Of a stretch of 64,000 bases of DNA, positions 36,768 to 46,651 are shown in pieces. Positions within the stretch are counted from its first letter, which is position 1. The number at the start of each line of letters is the position of its first letter. The stretch covers positions 244,223 to 308,222 of the forward strand of contig CAWDNM010000001.1 in NCBI GenBank assembly GCA_963803785.1. The letters run 5' to 3'. This DNA comes from an uncultured Coriobacteriia bacterium. Lineage in GTDB: Bacteria > Actinomycetota > Coriobacteriia > Anaerosomatales > JAAXUF01. The position numbers and the translations under genes were made by a program. The notes below the pieces were generated by a model. It did not search any database. It had not been told where the DNA came from and was given only the letters and a program-made list of their open reading frames with translations.

Positions 36768-38506
36768 GCTGCCTGACGCACCGGCCGCCGGGGCGACGCC
36801 TACCCGCAGCCCGATAACGCCCGGTCGCCATCACGTCCACATCTCCTACGTCGCGATCAAGACGGCCCAGGCGCTCAAGCAGATCGCGATCGGACTGCTC
36901 GCCTTCGGACTCGCCACGCTCCCGCGCATCGGCGACGCTCCCCTCGTCGCAGTGCTTGCCGGCACTCGCAGCAGTCGCGCTCCTGGTGATTGCCGTGTTG
37001 GCGGGTTTCGCGTTCATCTCCTACAAGCACTTCGCGTGGGAGCTGACCGAGTCCGAGCTGCACATCTACCACGGCTTCGTCTTCAAGAAGGAGGCGCACA
37101 TACCCTTCAGGCGCGTCCACTCGATCGACTACAGCGCCAAGGTCGTCGAGCGGGCGCTCGGCGTGGTGACGCTGCGCGTCGAGACCGCTGGCGGTGGACA
37201 GAAGGCCGAGGCGGAGATAGCCGCGCTCCGGCTCTCTGAGGCCGAGGCGCTCAGGTTCGAGGTCTTCGCCCGCAAGAGCCGTCTGGAGTCCGGGACGACC
37301 GGCGCTGCGAGCGCTGGGGCAGGCCTCGGCGCCACGGATATCGCCGCCGAGCTCGCCCGCGCTCTCGGAGTCCGCGCGCGGAGCGTTCGCCGGCGAGTAC
37401 GAGGACGCCTCGCCGGTCGAGTACGAGCGCCGGCTCACCCTCAAGGAGCTCATCATCGCCGGAGTGTCCAACAGCAACGTCTTCCTGCTCGCGTTCGCCG
37501 GCTTGGCGGCCCTCTCGCAGGTCCTCAGCATCATCGGCGGGAGCGACAGCGCAATCATCGACTACGCCCAAGGCGCCGCAGCCTACCTCCTCTCGTTCGG
37601 GATCGTCGTCGCCGCCGTGGTCGCCACTTTCGCGCTCCTCGTTCGCTTGGACCATCTCGATTGCGACGACGGCGGTCTCCTACGGCGGATTCACGGTGCG
37701 CCGCCGAGGTGGACGCGTCGAAATCGAGCGAGGCCTGCTCGAGCACCGCGTCACCGGGGTGGCGATCGACCGGATTCAGTCGGTCAGGATCAAGCAGGGG
37801 GCGCTGAGACGGCTGATCGGTTTCGCCGAGGTGTCGCTCGAGACCGTCGCGAGCCCGCGACGCCGCCGAGGCAGCGAACGCCGGTGAGACCGGCCTCGTG
37901 GTCCACCCACTGATTCGCCTCTCGGAGACCCGCGCATTCATCGCCGAGATGCTGCCGGAGTTCTCTGGCGCGCCCGGCGAACTCACGCCGCTTCCGCCTC
38001 GCGCGACGGAGCAGCGCGATCTTCCGCAGCACGGCCTGGCCGGTGCTCGTACTGGCGCTGACCGCCGGGGCCTTCACGCTGTTCGTCCAGCCGCTGACTC
38101 CGGTGCCGGCATGGGTTGCACCGCTCGCGGCCCTGGTGCTCCTCGCCCCGTGCCCGTGGCTCGGCTACATGACGTGGAAGACAGGGGGCCACGCCCGCGA
38201 CACGACGATGCTCGTCCTGCGCAACGGAATGCTCGGAACGGACACGCGTATCGTGCCTCGCAACAAGATCCAGTACGCCACGTCGACGGCGAATCCGTTC
38301 CAGCGACGGCTCGGGCTGGCCAGCATCTCGGTGCGGACCGCAGCGGGTGCCGGCGGCACGGCCGTCTCGCTGCACGACGTCGAGCGACGCGACCGCCCTC
38401 GAGATCCTTTCGTGGGTCGAGCCGAGGACCGGCGCGACGGGCGAAGACCGCGCCTGCCCAGGACGACGAGTTCGGCGGCTCCTCGGCCGACGGCGAGTTG
38501 ACGTAG
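36760..38506 (+). CDS. YdbT-like multi-bPH_2 membrane protein (frameshifted)
   Basis: Three bPH_2 repeats (IPFRRVHSI..LRVETAG; RIQSV..ETV; RNKIQ..PFQRRLGLA); overlaps ydbS-like gene. Confidence 0.82.
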
Positions 38507-38561
38507 AATCCTGCAGGTGGGAGTTCGTCTCGGGAGGGCATCAGACCGGAAGGCTTCGCGC

Positions 38562-39404
38562 ATGCAGCGACCTCGGCTCGGCCACATCCAGTTCATCAAC
38601 TGCCTGCCGCTGTACTACGGCATGGTGAAGAACGACGTCCTGCTCGACGTCGACCTCGTGCGGGCGAACCCGGCCGACCTGGCGGCCGACCTCGTCGACG
38701 GCAGCCTCGACCTCGCGCCGATTCCCGCGATCGAGTACGCCCGCCACGCCGAGCAGTTCGTGCTCCTCCCCGACATCGCGATCTCGAGCGACGGAGAGGT
38801 GCAGTCGATCCTGCTGCGTCTCCAAAGTGCCCCGCCGAGCAGCTCGGCGGCCGCACGGTCGCGCTTGCCGCGAACTCGCGCACGTCGCGTGGTGCTCGGC
38901 CGCATCCTGCTCGCAGCAGGCGCTGGGGCGTGACGCCCGAGTACGTCGAGATGCCGCCGGACCTGCCCGCGATGCTGCGCGACGCCGACGCCGCGCTCCT
39001 CATCGGCGACGAAGCGATTCGCGCGTACTGGGAGCCGCCGTCGCACCTGCACACCTACGACCTCGGCACCGAGTGGAAGGCGTGGACCGGGCTGCCGTTC
39101 GTGTTCGCCGTGTGGGCGGTGCGTCGCGAGTACGCTCAGGCGCAACCCGAAGCGGTCCGTCGCGTCGCCGACGCGCTGAACGGCTCGCTCGCGTACTGCC
39201 GCACGCACCTCGACGAGATCAGCGACTACGCCGCCCAGTGGGAGACCTTCTCGGCGGAGAAGTTCCGCAGCTACTTCGACGCGCTGCAGTTCCGCTTCGA
39301 GCCCCGCTACCGAGAGGGCCTGACGCGCTACCTCACGGAGGCGCACGCCATCGGGCAGCTCGACCGCGTGCCCACGCTCGCCAGTCTTCGGAGAGTCCTC
39401 GTGA
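38562..39404 (+). CDS. mqnA: Chorismate dehydratase (frameshifted)
   Basis: RLGHIQFINCLPL, ISSDGEVQSI, ALLIGDEA, DLGTEWKAWTGLPFVFAVW. Confidence 0.92.
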
Positions 39405-40520
39405 CCGACCTCTCCGCTCTCGCCTTCGCTGCCGCCTCCGGCGAGCACCGCCTCACCCCCGAGGAGGCCCTCGCGCTGCTCTCGGACGCCGACTTCCTCA
39501 CGCTGGGCCAGGCGGCCGGCGCCATGCGCGCGCGGCTCGTCCCCGAGCGCGAGGTCACCTTCATCGTCGACCGCAACGTCAACTACACCAACGTCTGCGT
39601 CTCCGGCTGCCGCTTCTGCGCCTTCTACCGCTCGGTCGACGCCGCCGATGCCTACGTCCTGACCCGCGAACAGCTCGCCGAGAAGGTCGCCGAGACGATC
39701 GCGCTCGACGGCACCGCGATCCTGCTGCAGGGCGGCATGCACCCCGACCTCGGCATCGAGTGGTACGAGGGCATGCTCTCGCGACATCAAGTCCGATCAC
39801 CCGAGCATCCACGTGCACGGCTTCGGCCCGCCCGAGATCGTGCACATCTCGCGCCTGTCCGGCATCTCGATCGACGAGACGCTGCGCCGCCTGCGCGACG
39901 CGGGTCTCGACTCGCTGCCGGGCGGCGGCGCCGAGATCCTCGTCGACCGCGTCCGCGGCCACGTCAGCCCCAAGAAGGCGACGAGCGACGAGTGGCTCGG
40001 CGTGATGCGCGAAGCGCACCGGCTCGACATCTCGACGACGGCGACGATGATGTTCGGCGGTCTCGAAACGCTCGCCGAGCGAATCGAGCACATGCAGCGA
40101 GTCCGCGACGTCCAGGACGAAGCGGTCGCCGCCGGTCATGTCGGCTTCCGGGCCTTCATCCCCTGGAGCTTCCAGCCCGGCAACACCGAGCTTGCCGAGG
40201 ACGAGTTCGCGGTTCGCGGCACTCCGCTGGCCGCCGCCAGCGGTTGGGAGTACCTGCGCACGCTCGCCGTGTCGCGCCTGTTCCTCGACTCGGTGCGCAA
40301 CATCCAGGCGAGCTGGGTCACGCAGGGCGCCAAGATCGGCCAGGTCGCGCTGGCGTTCGGTGCCAACGACATGGGCTCGACGATGATCGAGGAGAACGTG
40401 GTCGCCGCCGCCGGCACGCACTTCATGCTCGCTCGAGACGAGCTCGTTCGCCTGATCGACGACGCCGGCTACACACCCGTCCAGCGCGACACGCTCTACC
40501 GAGAAGTCCGGCGCTTCTAG
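39401..40520 (+). CDS. mqnC: Cyclic dehypoxanthinyl futalosine synthase (radical SAM; frameshifted)
   Basis: VTFIVDRNVNYTNVCVSGCRFCAFYR, LLQGGMHP, PGGGAEIL, AFIPWSFQ, QASWVTQG, GANDMGSTMIEENVV. Confidence 0.93.
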
Positions 40521-40562
40521 ACGCATGGGCGCCGCAACTACCCTTCACGCGATGGTGGGCTC

Positions 40563-41507
40563 ATGCTGCTGAACTCCGGCTACATCCTGATCGGTCTGGT
40601 ACTCCTCGTACTCGGAGCCGAGGGTCTGGTTCGCGGCGGCACGGGTCTGGCACTTCGGTTGGGCGTGACGGCCCTCGTCATCGGCCTGACGGTGGTGGCG
40701 TGGGGCACCGGCAGCCCTGAACTGGTCTTGAGCATCGAGGCGGCCCGCGCCGGGAACAGCGGCCTCGCTCTAGGGAACGTCGTCGGGTCCAACATCAGCA
40801 ACATCGCACTCGTACTCGGCCTCGCAGCGCTCGTAAAGCCCATGAGGGCGCGTTCCGAGTTGATCGGGCGAGAAGTGCCGCTGATGATCGCCGTCACGCT
40901 TCTGCTGTGCGCCATGCTCCTCGATGGGGGGCTCAGCCGCCCGGAAGGGCTCGTGCTCGTCGTCGGCGCCGTCGTCTACACCGTCTTCTCCTATCTCATC
41001 GCCAGACGCGGCGAGAGCCGGATGGTCAACGCGGAGTTCGATGCGGCGCTCGTCGAACCCGCACGCGCGCCGTGGGTCGACGCCGCGCTGCTCGCCGGTG
41101 GGCTCGCCGCGCTCCTCGCAGGCGCGAGCCTGTTGCTTCAGGGCGCCACGTACGTCGCTAGCGCCTTCGGCCTGAGCCAGGTCGTCATCGGCCTCACCGT
41201 AGTCGCGATAGGCACGAGCCTCCCTGAACTCGCAACCTCGGTCACCGCTGCGCTGCGTGGCGAAGCCGACGTGGCGTTCGGCAACGTCGTCGGCTCGAAC
41301 GTCTTCAACATCCTCGCGGTGCTGGGCACGTCCGCGCTGATCCGCCCGTTCGAGGTGCAGGGACTGAGGACACTCGACCTGGCCGTGTTGGCCGGAAGCG
41401 CGATCCTGCTCCTTCCCCTACTGTGGCGCGGGTCGGTGCTGAACCGGTGGGAGGGCGCCGGGCTTCTCGCCGCCTACGCCGCGTACGTGTATTCGCTCGT
41501 CCCGTAG
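40563..41507 (+). CDS. Ca2+/Na+ antiporter (YrbG-like CaCA family)
   Basis: Two alpha repeats, GTGSPE..GNVVGSN and GTSLPE..GNVVGSN. Confidence 0.93.
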   Translation: MLLNSGYILIGLVLLVLGAEGLVRGGTGLALRLGVTALVIGLTVVAWGTGSPELVLSIEAARAGNSGLALGNVVGSNISNIALVLGLAALVKPMRARSELIGREVPLMIAVTLLLCAMLLDGGLSRPEGLVLVVGAVVYTVFSYLIARRGESRMVNAEFDAALVEPARAPWVDAALLAGGLAALLAGASLLLQGATYVASAFGLSQVVIGLTVVAIGTSLPELATSVTAALRGEADVAFGNVVGSNVFNILAVLGTSALIRPFEVQGLRTLDLAVLAGSAILLLPLLWRGSVLNRWEGAGLLAAYAAYVYSLVP

Positions 41508-41613
41508 GCCTGTCGGGCCCGTCCGCCCGACGACGAGAACTCCGATGTTCCTGCTTCGCCTACTTGCGGTAGAGTTTCAACCAAGACGCTCACCCGAGGA
41601 CAGGAGCACGACG

Positions 41614-42450
41614 ATGCGCACGATTCCCAAGCTGATCGCAATCGCAGTACTCGGCCTGCTCGGCCTCATGCTCCTTGCGGGGTGCAGCGGCGCAGCGGCG
41701 CCCGAGGGGAAGACAGGGGCCACCAACGTGAAGCAGGATCCCGCGATGCTCGAGAAGTCCGCCTGGGTTGCCGCCGAGATTCGCGACGGCTCGGGCTCGC
41801 TCGCGCCGGTCGTCGAAGGCAGCCGTGTCACCGCCGCCTTCAAGGGCGGGCAGGTGACGGGCAACGCGTCGGTGAACAACTACAACGCGCAGTACAAGAC
41901 CTCGACTGACAACGGCATCACGTTCTCGGTGGGCGCCGTCACGATGATGGCCGGTCCTGAGCCCCTGATGGCGCAGGAGACCAACTACCTCGCGGCACTG
42001 AAGGATGCGCGCACCTTCAGCGTGTCCGCCGAGAAGCTCGAGCTGTTCGACGAAGCCGGCAAGCCGATCGTCGCCTACGAGGCCGCCGTCGCCCCGAGAC
42101 TGACCGGGCAGACCTGGTACGCCAACGGCTACAACAACGGCAAGGAAGCTGTCGTCGGACTCGTCGCGAGCTCGACGATCACCATCAACTTCACCGTCGA
42201 TGGCGAGGTCGCGGGCAACGCGAGCATCAACGAGTACGGTACGACCTTCAAGGTCGATGGCGAGAACCTGACGATAGCCCCCGAGATCCGGACGACCATG
42301 ATGGCCGGACCCGATGAGCTCATGAAGCAGGAGCAGGCGTACCTCGCTGCGCTGCCGAAGACCACTCGCTATGAGATCGTCAACGACGAACTCATCCTGT
42401 GGAACAAGGATGCGAGGGTCGCGAGCTACAACCTCACTCCGCTGCAGTAG
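41614..42450 (+). CDS. Lipoprotein with two META domains
   Basis: Lipobox LLAGC; two repeats of GNAS.N.Y...TMMAGP..LM.QE..YLAAL. Confidence 0.88.
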   Translation: MRTIPKLIAIAVLGLLGLMLLAGCSGAAAPEGKTGATNVKQDPAMLEKSAWVAAEIRDGSGSLAPVVEGSRVTAAFKGGQVTGNASVNNYNAQYKTSTDNGITFSVGAVTMMAGPEPLMAQETNYLAALKDARTFSVSAEKLELFDEAGKPIVAYEAAVAPRLTGQTWYANGYNNGKEAVVGLVASSTITINFTVDGEVAGNASINEYGTTFKVDGENLTIAPEIRTTMMAGPDELMKQEQAYLAALPKTTRYEIVNDELILWNKDARVASYNLTPLQ

Positions 42451-43786
42451 CCTTCGCGGTCGCCCGCAAGAACACGAAGCCTGCCGCGCCGGCCACAACC
42501 GACGTGAACAGAACCGCCAGCTTCGCCTCGTCCAGCAGTATCGGGTCCGTGAACGCCAGGTTCGCGACGAACAGCGACATCGTGAAGCCGATGCCGCCGA
42601 GGATACCCGCACCGACCATGTGACGCCAGGTCAGCCCGGCGGGCAAGTCGGCGACGCGCGCTTTGATCGCCATCCAGCTGAAAGCGACGATGCCGACCGG
42701 TTTGCCCACGAGCAGCCCGAAGAAGATGCCGAGGGTGACCGGCTGCACGAGCAGCGCGGCCACGTCGAGCCCGACGAGTCGTAGGTTGGCGTTCGCGAGC
42801 GCGAACAGCGGCAGCACGACGAACGTGGTGAACGGGTGCAGCCCGTGCTCCATGCGCTGCAGCGGCGAGGAGATGAACGCCGAGCACCTGCCGATCTCGT
42901 ACGCGTGGCTCTGCTGCACGTCGTCGTCGAGCAGATGCGCCTCGGGCGCATCTGCATCCTCGATGGCCTCCAGCTCGTCTCGAGCCAGCGACACGAAGGC
43001 GAGCGGTTCCATCTTGGCCCGAGTCGGTATCGTGAAGGCCACCAGGACGCCCGCGATGGTGGCGTGCACGCCGGAGTTGAGGAAGCAGAGCCAGACCCCG
43101 AGGCCGATCAGTGCGTACGGCATGGTTGCGTCGATCCTGAACCGGTTGAGCAGCAAGAGGACGCCAAGAAGCAACACGCCCGCGGCGAGCCATCCGAGCG
43201 AGATGCCGCTGGTGTAGAAGAGCGCGATCACCAGGATGGCGCCGATGTCATCGGCGATTGCCAGGGCGGTGAGAAACAGCTTGAGGCTGGCGGGAGCGCG
43301 ACTTCCGAGCACCGCGAGCACGCCGAGCGCGAATGCGATGTCGGTAGCCATCGGGATGCCCCAGCCGCGTGCGCCGGCACCGCCGGCATTGAACGACAGG
43401 TAGATGACCGCCGGCACGAGCATGCCTCCGACTGCGGCAAGGATCGGCAGCATGGCCTGGCGGGGCTTCGAGAGTTCGCCGACGACGACCTCTCGCTTCA
43501 CTTCCAGTCCGATTACGAAGAAGAACACCGCCATGAGCCCGTCGTCGATCCAGTGCTTGAGCGACTGCTCGAAGGACCACTGCCCGATGTGCATGCCGAT
43601 CTCGACGTGCAGGAGGCTTTCGAACGCTGTGTGGGCGGGCGAGTTGGCGATGACGAGCGCGAGTACAGTTGCGCACAGAAGCACGACGCTGCCGGCGATT
43701 TCGAGACTGAGGAACTCGGCGAACCCGCCCAGGAGGCCCGAGCCTCCCGGTTCGCCGCCCCCGCTCCGTCGTGTCCCCCCAGCCAT
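42434..43786 (-). CDS. nhaA: Na+/H+ antiporter NhaA
   Basis: WIDDGLMAVFF, GWGIPMATDIAF, LAIADD, SGVHATIAG, GKPVG, GIGFTMSLF. Confidence 0.95.
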   Translation of the reverse strand: MAGGTRRSGGGEPGGSGLLGGFAEFLSLEIAGSVVLLCATVLALVIANSPAHTAFESLLHVEIGMHIGQWSFEQSLKHWIDDGLMAVFFFVIGLEVKREVVVGELSKPRQAMLPILAAVGGMLVPAVIYLSFNAGGAGARGWGIPMATDIAFALGVLAVLGSRAPASLKLFLTALAIADDIGAILVIALFYTSGISLGWLAAGVLLLGVLLLLNRFRIDATMPYALIGLGVWLCFLNSGVHATIAGVLVAFTIPTRAKMEPLAFVSLARDELEAIEDADAPEAHLLDDDVQQSHAYEIGRCSAFISSPLQRMEHGLHPFTTFVVLPLFALANANLRLVGLDVAALLVQPVTLGIFFGLLVGKPVGIVAFSWMAIKARVADLPAGLTWRHMVGAGILGGIGFTMSLFVANLAFTDPILLDEAKLAVLFTSVVAGAAGFVFLRATAKATAAE

Positions 43787-43936
43787 CCTGGTCGTCCTCC
43801 CACGCATCCGGCCTCGGATTCGAGCCGCAGGTATTGTCGCATACCGCCTGCTTGAAGCCGCCGAGCCGCTCGTCAGTGCGATATGATGCAGCGGTACCGT
43901 CGTGGTACGAAACGACACTCCGGGGAGGACATCACA

Positions 43937-44194
43937 GTGCTCATTATCGGCGCTCTCGTGTGGGGTATGGCAATCGGCTGGATCGGCCAGATGATTCTTG
44001 GCGGCAAGGGTATCGGCAACAATGACTGGCTTCAGGCGCTTGTGGCAGGTGCGGTCGGCTCGGTACTGGGCGGCACGGTCGGCAGCCTGCTCAGGGGCGA
44101 GGGCTTCCAGCTGCAGATAGGCGGCATCATCGGTTCGATCATCGGCGCGGTGGTTGTCCTCCTTATCTGGCGGGCGGTTGCCAAGCGCAAGTAG
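43937..44194 (+). CDS. GlsB/YeaQ/YmgE family small stress membrane protein
   Basis: IGWIG..ILGG, GAVGSVLGG, SIIGAVVVLLIW; GGAGG RBS. Confidence 0.85.
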   Translation: MLIIGALVWGMAIGWIGQMILGGKGIGNNDWLQALVAGAVGSVLGGTVGSLLRGEGFQLQIGGIIGSIIGAVVVLLIWRAVAKRK

Positions 44195-44221
44195 CCAGAC
44201 GGTGGCTCATCTCGCCTGTAA

Positions 44222-44267
44222 CGAAGCACCGCCGCGGCAGACAACTCGGTCTGCGGGCGGTGCTTCG
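44222..44267. terminator. Hairpin downstream of the GlsB-like gene
   Basis: CGAAGCACCGCC..GCAGAC / GTCTGC..GGCGGTGCTTCG inverted repeat. Confidence 0.55.
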
Positions 44268-44360
44268 AGTTCACGGATGGGAATCACCTTCTTTAGGCGT
44301 CGTGTCACATCCGGCGCTGGCGCTTCCCGACATCTGGTCACGCAACCGAAGGGCGGAACC

Positions 44361-45527
44361 ATGGGACTGTTCGACGGCATGAAGGGCGAAGTGCAACAGC
44401 AGTTCGTTGCTCGTCCGGATTCAAGCAAGGACCTCGTGCTCTACAAGTGGCCCGAGACCAACATCCGCATGCTCTCGGTGCTTACCGTCCAGCCCGACGA
44501 GTGGGCGTACTTCATCAAGCAGGGCCAGGTAGTCGGCTATCTGCAGGGCGGGCAGCACAAGCTCGACGGCGCGCAGATTCCTTTCCTCGGCGGGCTGATC
44601 GACAGCTTCACCGGCGGCAACGTGCTGATGGCTGAGCTGTACTTCGTATCGAGCCGCGAGTTCGCGAACAACAAGTTTGGCGGCTCGATGGGTGAGGTCG
44701 AGGACCCCGGTACCGGCGAGGTCGTCCGGTGCGGTGTGTTCGGCGAGTTCGTGTTCAAGGTCGTCGACCCCGCGAAGCTGATCCTCAACCTCGTCGGGAC
44801 GCAGCCGATCTCGAGCAACGACTTCATCATCGACGCCATCAAGGACCAGCTGACCAAGATCCTGCGCGCGACGGTCAACGGCAAGATGAAGGCCGAGCAG
44901 TGGTCGCTGCTCGACGTCACGTCGGGGATGTACACGCTCGAGTTCGAGAAGACCATCGTCGACGCCGCAATGGGCTACCTCGAGCCGTTCGGCCTGATGA
45001 TCTCGCGCATCGAGGACTTCCTCGTCAACATGGATGAGGCGGATCGGGTTCGACTGCTCGAGCTCAAGGACCGCATGGCCAAGATGCGGCTCGCCGGCGA
45101 TGCGCGCTACATGGCTGCGGCCCAGACCGAGGCCATGTTCGGCGCGGCCGAAGGCATGGCGCAGGGCGGCGACGGCACGTCGATGGCGGGGCTGTTCGTC
45201 GGCGCCGGCATCGGCCAGAACATCGCGGGCGGCATCCAGTCCGGCCAGGTGCAGCAGGCCGCTTCCGACGCGGCGGCTGCGGAACAGGCAGCCGCGGCTC
45301 CTGCAGCTCCTGCGGCGGCGGCTGCCGCGGCGGTCGCTCCGGAGCCCGCCGCAGCTCCAGCCGCGGCAACGATCGCGTGCCCCACGTGTGGCACCGCGAA
45401 CCCCGAGGGCGCAAAGTTCTGCCAGCAGTGCGGCGGAGCGCTCGGACCGAAGAAGTGCACCAACTGTGGCGTCGAGCTTGCCGCAGGCGTGAAGTTCTGT
45501 CCCGAGTGCGGCACCAAGCAAGAGTAG
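44361..45527 (+). CDS. SPFH (Band 7, YdjI-like) protein with Ala/Pro linker and C-terminal double zinc ribbon
   Basis: LTVQPDEWAYFIKQG, ELYFVS, FGEFVFKVVDP; CPTCG..FCQQCG and CTNCG..FCPECG. Confidence 0.88.
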   Translation: MGLFDGMKGEVQQQFVARPDSSKDLVLYKWPETNIRMLSVLTVQPDEWAYFIKQGQVVGYLQGGQHKLDGAQIPFLGGLIDSFTGGNVLMAELYFVSSREFANNKFGGSMGEVEDPGTGEVVRCGVFGEFVFKVVDPAKLILNLVGTQPISSNDFIIDAIKDQLTKILRATVNGKMKAEQWSLLDVTSGMYTLEFEKTIVDAAMGYLEPFGLMISRIEDFLVNMDEADRVRLLELKDRMAKMRLAGDARYMAAAQTEAMFGAAEGMAQGGDGTSMAGLFVGAGIGQNIAGGIQSGQVQQAASDAAAAEQAAAAPAAPAAAAAAAVAPEPAAAPAAATIACPTCGTANPEGAKFCQQCGGALGPKKCTNCGVELAAGVKFCPECGTKQE

Positions 45528-46490
45528 GTGACGTCGATGACTCGCACGAGATGGACACGGATCGCGGCGTCGCTGCTCGTCGTGGCGCTCGTGTTGGCGC
45601 TCCTCATCCCTGCAATCGCGCTCGGACGTGCGGGCGGCGGACAGACGAGCAACCCCGGTCGGTCGTCCGGCGGTAGCAGCAGCTCGCGCTCGAGCAGCAC
45701 GGGCCGCAGCCTCGGCAGCGCCGCGGGAGGAATCGCGCTAGGCAGTGCAGTGGGCAACAACGTCGGTGGCGGCGGGTGTTGCGGGTTCATCTCGCTCGTC
45801 ATCCTGATCATCGTCGTCTTCGCGGTCATCCAGGCGCTCAAGAAGAGCGGGAGCTCCGTGCCGACAAGCCCCGAGGAGTTCGCCGCACGCGCGGCGGAGT
45901 TCGCGGCTCTTGCGGCGCAGGCCGGGCCACCGAGCTTCGATGCGGTCAAGGCGAGCGACCCGAACTTCTCGGAGCAGCTGTTCTATGGGCGCGTGAACGA
46001 GATGTTCCTCGCCGTTCAGAAGGCGTGGGAGGCTCGCAACATGGAGCCTGCGAGGCGCTTCCTGTCGCAGCAGCAGTTCGACGTGCTCCAGGGCGGCGTG
46101 GGCGAGTACGTCCGCAACGGTCAGATCAACAAGCTCGACAGCATCCACATCGACAAGATCAACCCCGTCTCGGTCACCCGTGAGGGCGACTCGGACTACG
46201 TGAAGGTCATTCTCACGGCGACGGTCATCGACTACACCATCGACGAGAGGACCGGCGAGATCGTGAACCCGGACGTTCTCGGGGATGGCAAGACGCCGAA
46301 GACGTTCGACGAGTACTGGACGCTGGTGCGCAAGGTGGGCGCGGTCACGAAGTCCGATGCGACTATCCAGAAGTGCCCGAACTGCGGTGGGCCGGTCACG
46401 GACGGCAACTACGTGAAGTGCGCGTACTGCGGCACGATGATGAACGACCCGGCGCTTGACTGGGTGCTCCTGCGTATCGAGCAGCCCTAG
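45528..46490 (+). CDS. Tim44-like domain membrane protein with C-terminal zinc ribbon
   Basis: Signal, RAGGG plus Gly/Ser-rich stretch, TM, DPNFS..F..VQKAW, DYTID..G, FDEYWTLVR, CPNCG..CAYCG. Confidence 0.85.
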   Translation: MTSMTRTRWTRIAASLLVVALVLALLIPAIALGRAGGGQTSNPGRSSGGSSSSRSSSTGRSLGSAAGGIALGSAVGNNVGGGGCCGFISLVILIIVVFAVIQALKKSGSSVPTSPEEFAARAAEFAALAAQAGPPSFDAVKASDPNFSEQLFYGRVNEMFLAVQKAWEARNMEPARRFLSQQQFDVLQGGVGEYVRNGQINKLDSIHIDKINPVSVTREGDSDYVKVILTATVIDYTIDERTGEIVNPDVLGDGKTPKTFDEYWTLVRKVGAVTKSDATIQKCPNCGGPVTDGNYVKCAYCGTMMNDPALDWVLLRIEQP

Positions 46491-46530
46491 GTTCGACACG
46501 CGGCGATCTCGTCGCGACGACGCACCACCT

Positions 46531-46563
46531 CAGGCCCCGCCGATTCACGGCGGGGCCTGTTGT
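46531..46563 (+). terminator. Intrinsic terminator after the SPFH-Tim44 operon
   Basis: CAGGCCCCGCCG-attca-CGGCGGGGCCTG followed by TTGT. Confidence 0.8.
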
Positions 46564-46651
46564 ATGCAACGGCTTCCGCGTGAGAACTCGCGTGTCGGGT
46601 AGGAACCGAGATAGACCCACTTCACCTGCATCGACCTGGAGGCACCGCCCC

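Noticed and set aside
38930-40720. MqnA-MqnC fusion ORF
   Set aside because: A GTGA overlap with a GGAG RBS at 39401 indicates coupled separate genes joined by an indel.
45270-45370. GCN-rich repeat suggesting a tandem array
   Set aside because: Encodes the Ala/Pro linker of the SPFH protein; no CRISPR-like repeat-spacer pattern here or elsewhere in the window.
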